Positions 13,675 to 26,162 of a DNA stretch of 64,000 nucleotides are shown here, in pieces. Both the position numbers and the translations under genes were made by a program. The stretch lies in contig CM022670.1 in NCBI GenBank assembly GCA_012295275.1, forward strand, positions 7,936,001-8,000,000, written 5' to 3'. The notes under the pieces are model-generated. The model worked only from the letters and a program-made list of their open reading frames with translations. It did no database searches and was not told the DNA's origin. Each line of letters opens with the position of its first letter. Within the stretch, counting starts at the first letter, position 1. This DNA is from Chrysomallon squamiferum. Its lineage: Eukaryota > Animalia > Mollusca.

Positions 13675-16600
13675 GTGAGTCACTTTAAAAGAAATAAAAG
13701 GACATGTTATTGAGCAGATTCTTAGAAATATGTGAGATATGTGACTAAAAAACTCAAAAGATTTATCATGAATTTAAAGTTTTTAGACAATTTTGAATTT
13801 TGTGACGAAATGGTATATGAGACCGATGAACAAAGTTTTAATAGAATTATAAATAAAATTAGCTTAGACAAGAACTGTCAGAAGAAATGCTAGTTGATTG
13901 ATAAAAAATAAATGATACTGTCATTAAATAGAATAATACGGTAAAAATAATACAACGTAGTTAAACATTAAATTACAAAAAGAAAGAAAAAAATATTTAT
14001 GTTTGGTTATTGTTCTTTTCACTATCACCCAAAACCTTGCTATTAAAATAGCAATAATAATGATAACATAAAACCGTTAAGCCTAACCAGATGTCATCAA
14101 ACTAGCCAGACTGCTTCAAATTAAATCGCATTCCATCTTCATCCTCACACCCTCTCCGACATAAAATCCAGACATAAAAATGAACCAACTCATCAAACAA
14201 ACACATAAACAAAGAAAAACCTCCAAAACATAACACCCACGCATCAATACAGAGTAAAAAAAAAAAAATTAAAATAAATAAATAAATAAACAAAAGTAGA
14301 CATTACCTCCAATTTCATTAAAATCACTTATAAAACACCAATTACAGAACCGATGAAGATCAGAGACTGTGAAGACTTATTGTAGTTTGTCAACAGACTA
14401 ATAATATTTCTTGTCTTGTCATCCACTGGTGACTACCTTACTGTATCTTTTTTTTAATTTTCACATTCCAGTGAATATCCTGAAAACACTGTAATAAATT
14501 CTCCAGACTCCAATGACAGTGGCATACACTCGGATAGCCGATCAGACGATGGTTTGTCTCACGGACATGGAAATGACAAAGAAGCTGACAGTCAGCAAAA
14601 TGTAAGAACTTAATGTACTTTTAACAGAGTCAGTGGAAAACAGATTCGTAATTTGTTCTTGCATGGAGAAATTAATTTAAAGTGTGCTTTTCTTCTGAAG
14701 TTTTGAAAATATTTTCAAATTTTGTACTCAATACTTTTTGGAATAACAGTCTCACCCAAATTAGTCTTTTTTTTTTCTTCTTTTTTTTTTCAATGGATAT
14801 GATTTATAGTAAAATTAGATATCATTATGTTTTTGTGCACATTAATATTATAGATGTAATACTAGCTCAGAGCACAATGATTGACATCAAATTTTTATTA
14901 CAGGGTTATGATCCTGACCTGTACAGTCCAGAGGAAGATGAAGAGGTTTTACCTGCAGGCTGGGAGAAATGTGAGGGTAAGTATCTTGAATATCTGCATA
15001 TTATTTACTTACGATTTATGTGTGGTGGTGATTAAAGGATTTTAATTTGAAGCAGAATAAAGGAGAAGGTTAAAGACATTTCTAAGTGCATTTCATGATT
15101 TTGGTTTAAATGTTTTTGTTTTTATTTTACTTAAATTCTGCTTGAAATAATAATGTTGTTGTTTTATCAGATGACAATGGTGCATACTACTGGCACATAA
15201 AGAGTGGGACCATACAGAGAGACCCACCCAGTCCAGAAGACAGTGACCAGGTCACTCTTAGGTCGAAGTCAGTGTCCAGTGATGAGGTTAGTTTATTTAT
15301 ATTATTATTATGTTTTTTAAAATGTTAAACCCATCAACTGTCATGTACATACCTACCAGTTCTAAGTAATGCATGGAAACATACTTGTTAATAATTTATT
15401 TATTTATTTATTTGCTTCTTTCTCTCTTTCTTTCTTTAATTTACAAATAAAGAATTATTCTTGAAAGGAATATTTCATAAAGAGAGATATACAGTAGTTA
15501 TACTTATATTTTGTTTTATTTATTTTCTCTATACATTATTAAAGAGAATTTCCTATATATGATAACATCATTACTTTTACATTTATATTAAACTTCATGA
15601 TATCTAAAATAGTTCTAAGGTGGATTTTTGATGAAATAAAGATTACTGTCTACCATGAGATACATTCTATATATGATACAGACATCTAATTCTAAGATCT
15701 TAACCCAATATTTTATATTACTGGTGTTACTAGACAACTGCAACTTATCCCATTTATATTACTTTATATTTATATATGTTAAGTAACAGGGCTGGTATGT
15801 TTGAAGAAATAGTTATTGGTCTTTCATGAGATATATTTTATAATTAGACAGACATTTTAGCTCACCATCTTAATCAACTATTTTATATAACCAAAACATC
15901 AAATATTTAAAGGCTTTTTTTTTTTTTTTTTTTTTTTGAAAGTTATTATCATTACTTACTATTTTATTTAACTGTTACTATTAAAGATATAATGATGTGC
16001 GTGTGTTACAATCATTGTTTTTTTCCTTGTTTTATGTTAGTGTTATTATTATAGTATTGTTATATCCTCCTATTATAGGAAGATAACAGAGCGCCTTTCT
16101 TTATTAAACCTTCAGTTTAAAAAACATACCATTAAATTTAGCTATCTCTTCTCTTTGACATTTAAACAGTGAAAATAACATTTTCATGATATTTCCTTAT
16201 GAAAAGCAAAAATAACCACAAAAACAGCATACGGCCAAATGTTCTATTAATAACAGGGATCATGTATGGTATTGATTATGTAACAGAAATTTAGACAGTC
16301 TGGTTTCAACTCAGAAGTCTTGCTTGTATCCACTTGCATCACAGGTAATCACCAAAATAATAACAGTAGCTACAACATCTTATTAAGCAGGTCTCACACT
16401 GACAATTATGACATGTATTTATTACTGCATTGGTTGTCAACTGATAATTTTACTGCCATAAAAATCAGTTCAATATTTGTCGTTCGTGCTGTTTCAGTTT
16501 TAGCGGTATTGATACATTTCTTCTTTTAGACAATGTTAAGCTGTGGGTTTGTTTGTTCTTGTTAGTAAAATTAGTGTTATCTGTTAACATCACACCCACA

Positions 16601-17478
16601 CATAAATATTAGCATATAATCATTTTTTTTCTTGCTTTTTTTCCTTTTTCTTTTCTCTCCCATCATATAAGGAGTTTGTAAATGTTTTGATATCTAAATT
16701 TGGTACATTATAAAGATATAAAATAGCAAGGTAAATCTAATAACCTTATTATTGGTTGTTTATTTTTTTTAATTAATATTTTTTATTTGCTTTTTCTTTT
16801 TACCTTTTTCTTCTTCTTTTTTTATGAATACTTTTTAAAGACAACATAGTATTAATAATATGGGGGAAATTTGGTTATTTTTTTATTTTATTTTTTATTT
16901 TTTTTTTAAATTTCAGATATTTCAAAATATTTTCACATTTTAATGAAACATTTTAGATTATTAAATCAACTGCAAATATGCACACACACAAACACACACA
17001 CACACAGAAGAATAACCCAGTGACCAACTGTTATAAAACTGATTAATAACAAGAAAGTCAGTCAATGTATTTGTGTATGACAACAAAATGACAATGTCCA
17101 GGGATCAATAGGACACATAATTTGTAATAGACGACTGTTTGTAACAGTTTCATGTAATCAGCCTTTTCCCCTGTTTCTAAATCCATTCCTTAATTTGCTG
17201 TCATCTACAATTACAGCAGTGTTGGTACACACGTTATTGGGGTTAATGTGTTTTCCCATAGGATGTGTGATTTTCTTTTATTACTGGTCACTTGTCATAT
17301 CCTGTTTTCATACAGTCTTGTCTTTGTGTAAGTTACATACCCAAGACGAAATCAGCTTTGTCATGATAATTCCTCTCATGTTTTTCTTTCTTCTTTTTCC
17401 TTTTTGTTATTATTATTGTTGTTGTTATTGTTATTTTATTAATATTATTTATTATTATTATTATTATTATAATTATAC

Positions 17479-17512
<34 letters not shown>

Positions 17513-17763
17513 CATTATTATTTATTTATTTAGAATTTATTTATTTATTTATATTATTTATTTATTTATATATCATGTAATTACAATTTTAAATCAAGAT
17601 CAGTTTTGTCATGCTATTTCTTTTTTCTTCGTCTTTTTTTTTCTTATATTTATTTCTTTTCTTTTATTTGTTTTTATTTTTATTTATTTTTGTGGGGATT
17701 CTTTTTTACTTTTATTTTTATTTTGTTGAGTTTTTTGTAATATTTTGTATCTGTTAATTATTA

Positions 17764-17795
<32 letters not shown>

Positions 17796-20700
17796 GTTTT
17801 GTTATTGTTATTGTTATTATTATTATTATATTCTGATATATGTTTATTTCACCCTCTTTTAATTACTTTATTTAAGTGAAGTTGAAAGACAAGACAAAAG
17901 AATTGATACAATAAAAACAAAGCAGTTTAAAACATTTTTTAATTATCTCTGACCATTGTACTGACATTGTTTACTTTAGAATATACCTTTTTTTTATATA
18001 TAATGTTAATATATTGAATGCAGTTTAATTTTATTTATTTATTTATTTTTTTTTGTTTCCTCCCAAAAAAGAATTGTTCATTTGATTCTAGATATAAATA
18101 CTTTGAGCAATTTTTTTAGGATTTTATATAATTGTTATTAATGTTAAAAAAATGAATAATAATAATAATAGAAATAAATTTATCATCTTTAAAACTCTAT
18201 TCTTCAATCAAAACATTTCTCACAAATAATTATTAACAAAAACAAAAAATTACTTGGGATTATAGCCTACCTGTTTTCACAATCTAAACATTCATTTCCT
18301 GCCTTGTTCAGATGAATAGATTAATACTCCATTAACAATGATCTGAAATAAAAATAATACTTCCCTTGTTGCTAACTGAAGGGAAAAAAAAAAAAAAAAA
18401 AAAAAAAAGAAGAAGAAGAAATTCAGAAGAGATCATTTATTCTGTAATACAGTAATTGGTATTCTTATGGCACACCGTGGCTTTATAATCAATACAATCT
18501 GCTCCAAAAGACAATTACACAAGAAATGTGGTAACTAGTTTTCTACATGTTTGATCCGTGGCTTTTGATGCGGATCAGTCCTGGCAAACAATGCAGGACA
18601 CGCAGCCATACATCTCTTGTAGAGCCCATTGTGTCGAGCACATGATGCGGCATGCAAGGATGTCTTAAAGCACACAATGTGATAACGTGGTGTGGCGTGA
18701 AAACAGCCTGTTAATCCACTGCTTGTCACAAAGAGATGGCACTCGCAAATTGATGTGTAATTCATGCCAGTGGGTGATTGTATTCAAACATTTCTCAGCA
18801 CTGTTTTGTGCAAACAAGTCTCAACCATACATCAAATCTGTTTTGTATAATAGTTTACAAAACAAGACTCAGCCAAACATCAACCTTATGTTGTTTAATG
18901 TTATACAAACAGATCTCAACCCTCTATTGTGTAATGAAGAGTATTGTATATATTCAGATATGTCTGTTTTGTATAATTATATATAAATATATCTCAAACC
19001 TATATCAAGTAATGATTTGTAATACAATTAATCATGTCCCAATCCTACTTTGTATCACTGTATTCAGATATGTTCAGCCATATACTGAGTAATGTTGAAT
19101 TATTTTATACAGGCACAGTTCACTGCTGTGTTGTTTAATCATGTATAATTTTTTCAAACATGTTTCTTACTCAAACTGTATTGTTATGAAGGCTAACTGC
19201 ATATCAGTATGTCTCAGCTTATGTTGTTATGATTGGTAATGGAAACATCTCAATATTGTAGATAATGTTAGATAATTACTGATTGTGGGTAATTGTATAT
19301 ACATCTACATGAACAATGATTTATGCAATTGTAAATAATTGTATTCAGATATACCTGCACCCTCTGTTGTATGTCAGTTATATTCAAACATGTTTCAGTA
19401 ATGAATTGTATAATAATTTGACAAGTTTTCTCATACTATTACAGAACACTGTGGGGTCTGATTCAGTCTCCTCAACTCCTACAAGTAACATTTCCAGTAC
19501 TGAAGAACATCTACAGGATTTTGAAGGTCATGCCCTTCAGTTTGCTGCCAAATCTCTGCAGTCTCTACAGTCCATGCAGTAAGTGTCTTTTAAATTTATG
19601 GTTACCCTTGCATCTTCTTCAGCAATCTGAAGTTCCTGCCAGTTTTATAATCCCTCTATTTTATGTGATATATTTAAATTCAACTTCTGATTACCTGTTA
19701 TATCTGACTCTTTGATTAATATATATACTGATTATTATTTAACCTATAACTTTGCCTTTTATCAGAGCATTAATCCTTTTTTTTCTTTTTTTTGTGTTGC
19801 ATACATTAACATTCACAAAATAAATAAATATGGAAAAAACATTTTATGTTACAATCTAAATTTATTTCATATTGAGTTGGAACAAAAATTCTTAGTATTT
19901 TTTCAATAGGTGGCATTTGTACACATGATTTTTTCATACACATACCTGAATTATGAAACATAAAATATTCTGAAAGGTGAATAAAATGGCATAGGTGTAT
20001 AAATTTAAGTGCAGATATCTAAATAAGGTCTTCAAATTTCACTTAAAAAATCGTATGAACTTTTATTCCAAATGCAGTATAACCATAGATTCGGTGAAAG
20101 AATAGTTAGTTTCTTTTGTCCCTTGTCTGTAATGTTTTTTTTTAGAAATGCTACATTTTTCTTTACAACATTGTAACATGTACAGCAGCTATCAGTCTTT
20201 CCCCTTCACAGTTCTGATTATCTGAGAGTAGCATGTGTCAAACACACCAATTGTGAAGTGAAACAAGACTTTCTGTGATTTGTGTTTTCCTCTGTCTAGT
20301 TTTACTTGTGGTCTGATCATTTTCACTAAAACCTTCAGAGTATCCTCACTTAAACGTAGAACAGCCATTGATTTGTGAAATGAATATGTCCCGAGAGCTG
20401 ATAAAATGTATTTGTATCGTTATCCTTTCAAATGTCTTTTAGCTTTCTCCCATCTTTTTGAAAAAAAAAAAAAAAAAAAATTCTATTCTTTAATTTTTTT
20501 TTTTTTATTCCATCTCACTAAAATACTTGACTTAATTAGCTAAGGAGTTCTCATGGAGCCATTTGCAGTTTGTTGAAGGCAAACAGTGTGTCTGAGTTGG
20601 ATGCTTGTGAGATGAATTGTTGGTTATTTTGCCTGCCAGTATTCCACGCAGCCCTTTATTTGTTGGAAATTGCCAACTCCAGTGTGATGCAAACGAGTGC

Positions 20701-21102
20701 ACACTCTACAATTTGTCACAGCTAATGTGCAGCTTTCTTCTAATTAGCATATTGATCCAACCACTTACAGACCTTGTTATATTCAAACCATGTGTCCAAA
20801 ACAATTTTAAATTACTTTTTTGAGCACTGAAAAAAATCTCGAACAAACAACTCTACATTTAATTTCGTTTCCTTATTAATGGTTTAATTAGTTAATTTTT
20901 AAATGTTCAAAAATATAATAAAAGTATGATAATAATAATGGGAAAAACCCCACAAAAAACGACAAAAAAACCCCCACTATATTATTTTTTTTTTTTAAAC
21001 CTGATAATAATAAAATAAAGAAAGAATAAATAAATATATTTAAAATATATGGGATAATACAGCAGGTGTTGATTACTTGTTTTGAAAAAAAAAATAATAA
21101 TA

Positions 21103-21141
<39 letters not shown>

Positions 21142-22113
21142 TTTATTTTAATATACACCTTTTTTTATCCAACACATATTCCATGTTGTTTATTTGTTTA
21201 TTGATTCCAATCTGTTAATTTATAATTTAATTTATACCTAATGGAAAAATAATTTCCTCTTTATTATCCTAGAGCTATAATACACTTATTAATAAAATGT
21301 TTATTAAGATGATGTTTAAAAATTCCTATACATTATCACTACTATTGTATTTTTTCTTCGTTTTTTTTCAGAACTACAAAAGCAGAACAGAAGGAAGATG
21401 CAAATGATGACACTATTCGACCAGTAAGGTTTGCAGTGCAGTCACTGGGGTGGGTGCCTATTGCAGAAGAGGACCTGACCCCAGAGAGAAGCAGTAAGGC
21501 AGTCAACAAGTGTATAGTAAACCTATCCTTGGGTCGCAATGACATCAATGATGTGGTCGGAAGATGGGGTGATGTAAGTTCAATAAGTGTTTTTTATTTC
21601 TAATTATTGAAATGTAACATTACATAAGTTAAACGTAGGTCTTTTGTCAGCAATACGATGTCTGGTTAGTGTAACTTGTCTATAATTTTGAATTTAGTTA
21701 TTTGAAAGTGATTCTTTTGCTGTTGTTGTTTTTTTTGTTTGTTTGTTTTTTATTTTTTTTATTTTTTTTTCCTGTGCATATGCTGTTACAAGGATTGTAT
21801 GTTACATCCTATTACATGTAAAATTCGACTCCAAATGTAATTTTTAAAATTTTAAATTTTATTATTTAATTTCTTTTTATTATTGGTCTCTTTCTTGGCT
21901 TAAACCTTATTCCACTGAATATTTTTAATGAAACTGAATGTTCCCAGTAAATACAAAGACTCTCGAACCTTAAAATTATCTAATAATACTAAAAATAGTC
22001 CTAACCATTAAATTTGGTTCTTTTGTAACAGACACAATTTAAAAATGGGTGTGTTTGTCTGCATAAAATTGATTTCAGGATATCATGATCAGACGTCATT
22101 GTTTTTTTTTCTT

Positions 22114-22144
<31 letters not shown>

Positions 22145-22630
22145 ATGTGAAACTTTGATGTGGACAGTAAAAACAAGCTATCTCAGGTCTTGATTTGTTT
22201 ATTTTCTTCTGAGACGAGGGAATTCTTGTCACGCTATTGACGTATAAAAGACGTCATTATGTGGCGACGTGAGAGGGCTGGATGTGCGATGCAGTTATGA
22301 TAATTCTGTCAGGTTTTTCATTGTATGAAAATTACAGTTTTGATGAAGTTAATTTCTCCTAGAATGGATTTATCTTGTCCCTTTCAGACGAATGTGATGA
22401 ACTATAGCAATAATTTTCATGTAAATGTAAAATAAATATTAAAATATTAGACATGTTATTTTTTTTTTTTTACTTTTATTTTTACTTAATTTAAAAATCT
22501 GATTTATTTATTCATTCATTTTATAAACTTAAATGTATTTTTATTCTCAAGGAGAAAAATTAACTCAAATTTTCTTTTGTTTCCTTTAATAATATTTTTT
22601 TTATATATTCATTTTATTTTTTTATATATA

Positions 22631-22670
<40 letters not shown>

Positions 22671-22722
22671 TATATATATATATCTGGGAATGTTGTTTTC
22701 AGTTTTCACCTCCTTTTTTCAT

Positions 22723-22769
<47 letters not shown>

Positions 22770-25700
22770 GAATTTTGAGTTTTGCTATTAAGCAGGTCCC
22801 ATGGCAAACATTTCAGATTTTTATTAATGGTGCCATCAGGTTGGAAAGTGATGGTTATGTCAGATAAAATAATTGCTAAAGTGGTCTTTTATGTTGCTTG
22901 GTACTTAAAAACACATTGCTTGCACACTTGATATCTAAACATAATGGTCATGTTTCCAAAAACTGGTCAGCTGCATATAGTCATTTCTGTACTGAATACC
23001 AAATAACCATACAGCAAAGACATGGGGAATAGCCTTGATAATAAATTTAAGGGGGAGATGGAGGTTTGGGGGGAGGTATCTTTAAAAAGATAATTAACAT
23101 TTAATGTTTTTTGTGTATGTCTGTGGGTATGTGTATTGGTTCATGATGTGCATTTAAAAAAAATATGTTATTTTGACACAAATTGAAATAAAAGTTTTTT
23201 TTTTTTTTTTCATTTGGCATATTTAATTTTTTTTCACCATTAGTATTTTGTTTGTTTTATTTACATTTAAAATATTTCCTTATTTATGTTTTATTCTTTT
23301 TTCTTTTAATTTGTTGTTGTTTATGTTCTTTTTCTGATATTGTCATAAACTAAATATAACTTGTCCGTCCATATAAAACATGCTCACAAATTAGTAATTA
23401 ATTAATGTATTGTAAATGAATATTCTACTGCATATTCAAACTGTACTTCCACTGATTTGATAATTTAAAAATATAAATATTTGTATATTTCATAGCAGTA
23501 ATAATAAAATAAAAATAAAAATCAGGTATTTTCTAAACACATTTGATGCACACAATCACATATGTAGGCTATGAAATAATGTGAGAGTGCTAAGTAATAT
23601 ATACTCAAAATCTTTTAAAGAAACTCACCTATCAAATCAAGGGAAGATGTTTTCTCACTTTCCCATCCTTTTCTGTGGAGATAAATATAAATATTTATAT
23701 TTTTGAAGTTTAACAAGTTTAAAATATTGTTTATTTTATTGTACTTCTTAATGATTTGGGATGACAGTTTTTATGAGAGCAGAGATTGGTACATGGATCT
23801 AATATAAAACTATGTGTCTATTTCAGAGTAAAAAGTAATATAAATATCTGTGTATTTTAGGGTAAAGACTTGTACATGGATCTGATATAAATATCTGTGT
23901 ATTTCAGGGTAAACATGGATCTGATATAAAATACATGTGTATTTCAGGGTAAAGACCTGTACATGAATCTGATATAAATATCTGTATTTCAGTGTAAAGA
24001 CTTGTACATGGATCTGATATAAAATATCTGTGTATTTCAGGGTAAAGACCTGTACATGGATCTGATATAAATATCTGTGTATTTCAAGGTAAAGACCTGT
24101 ACATGGATCTGATATAAATATCTGTGTATTTCAGGGTAAAGATCTGTACATGGATCTGATATAAATATCTGTGTATTTCAGGGTAAAGACTTGTACATGG
24201 ATCTGATGTAAATATCTGTATTTCAGGGTAAAGACCTGTACATGGATCTGATATAAATATCTGTGTATTTCAGGGTAAAGACCTGTACATGGATCTGATA
24301 TATATATCTGTGTATTTCAGGGTAAAGACCTGTACATGGATCTGATATAAATATCTGTGTATTTCAGGGTAAAGACCTGTACATGGATCTGATATATATA
24401 TCTGTGTATTTCAGGGTAAAGACCTGTACATGGATCTGATATAAATATCTGTGTATTTCAGGGTAAAGACCTGTACATGGATCTGGACAGTACAAGTCTG
24501 AGACTTGTTGACACACAGGATCTTAGCCTGCTTCACTACCAGCCCATCCACTCCATCAGAGTGTGGGGAGTCGGCCGCGACAACGGCAGGTAAATATCAC
24601 ATTTAATTTTACTCTTCCAGTAATTTTTATATTATATAAATAAGTTTATCCATTTTACATACATACATACATATATATCCACATATTTAATATAACACAA
24701 TCATGCATGTGCACACACAAATATAAACATTCCAAGATTTTATAAGCATTACTAAGAGACTTAAATGTTAGAAGTGAAACAGAACCCAATGTTTATAAAC
24801 AAAATTTAACATACCCAGCCAATAAAAGTAAAATTTATTTATCTTAACTGCAGCATTATTATCTGGTTATTATCATTTACTAAATTTTCAGTTCTTATGA
24901 TTAATGTCATATCTTAACTGTTATTTTCACTAAAATAATTATCTGTTTTGTCTCAAGTTTTCAAGTTTGCAACAAACACAAATCCTTGATAATCGAAATT
25001 TATGATGTATTTCTCTTTCTTTTAATTTCTGTTTTCCTTCAACAGGGAAAGGTAAATCTATGTCAGATTAGTCTTATGATTTTTGTATTTCATATTCTTT
25101 GATTTTAGTTGAAATGTAAAAAAAAATAATAATAATTAAAAAAAAAGATAATAAAAAGAAATTTTTGTAATTTTTATTTTCGTTGTATATTTTTTTGTGA
25201 AATGAATTATCTAGATTTGTTATAAATGTTTCACTGCATTGTTTTCTTATTATTTTATTTTAATTTATTGTTAGATGTATATTAGATAAATCATTATTTG
25301 CACATTATTTTATATTTATATGTCTTTTTTTTCTTTCTTGTTTTTCACATCTTATTTTAAATATTTCACATTTGTGTAATGGTCCTGTAGTCCAAAGTGT
25401 TCATCTGACTTAGTAGATTTTGTTGTTATTGATAAATAAACTTTGTTATTTCTTATTGCATAAAACATAATAAAGTTACTTTTATATAAAAAAATAATTT
25501 AATTTAATTCAAAGATGATAGTAAATGAATACTTATTTTATCAACAAAAAAAAAATTTCAAAGGAACATGATTAAATTAATAAGGGTTATGTGAAATATG
25601 TTGCATAAAAATTTCTTCTTTTTTTTTCTTTTTTCTTTTTTTATTGTTACTTTATTATTAAATTTATTATAATTATTAAACAGTTTCGTAATTTTAAAAT

Positions 25701-26125
25701 TTTAAAACAAACAATTATAATTCTAGAGTTGAATATTGTATTATATATTCTAAAAATTATTGTAAAGATTTGATATTATAAAAATTTTTTTTTTTTTTTT
25801 TTTTTTTAAAGAACCAAGAATTTAAGTGTTTATCACTCTGTAAAAACATTAGCACTGTTTTACATTCTAAACCTTTTATCAGGGATTTTGCCTACGTCGC
25901 CCGAGACAAGTCAACTCAGCGTCACATGTGTCATGTTTTCCGATGTGACATGCCGGCACGGCAGATCGCCAACACCCTGCGTGACATCTGTAAGAAGTTG
26001 ATGGTGGAGAGGACAGCGATGCAACGAATGAATCGGCCAACTGACCTTCCAAACCTGGAAAAGGTCAATGGAAGTGGACAGAAGATTTCATTCCAGAGTT
26101 TGTATAACAGTAAGTATCTTTCAGC

Positions 26126-26162
<37 letters not shown>

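Noticed and set aside
17195-17533. ORFs rich in poly-Y, I, L or C here and at 30093-30463, 40420-40677, 42117-42392, 56577-56783 and 57851-58238
   Set aside because: Translations of trinucleotide microsatellites
23786-24485. CRISPR-like regular array
   Set aside because: No unique spacers, eukaryotic intron, and the unit is a duplicated splice junction
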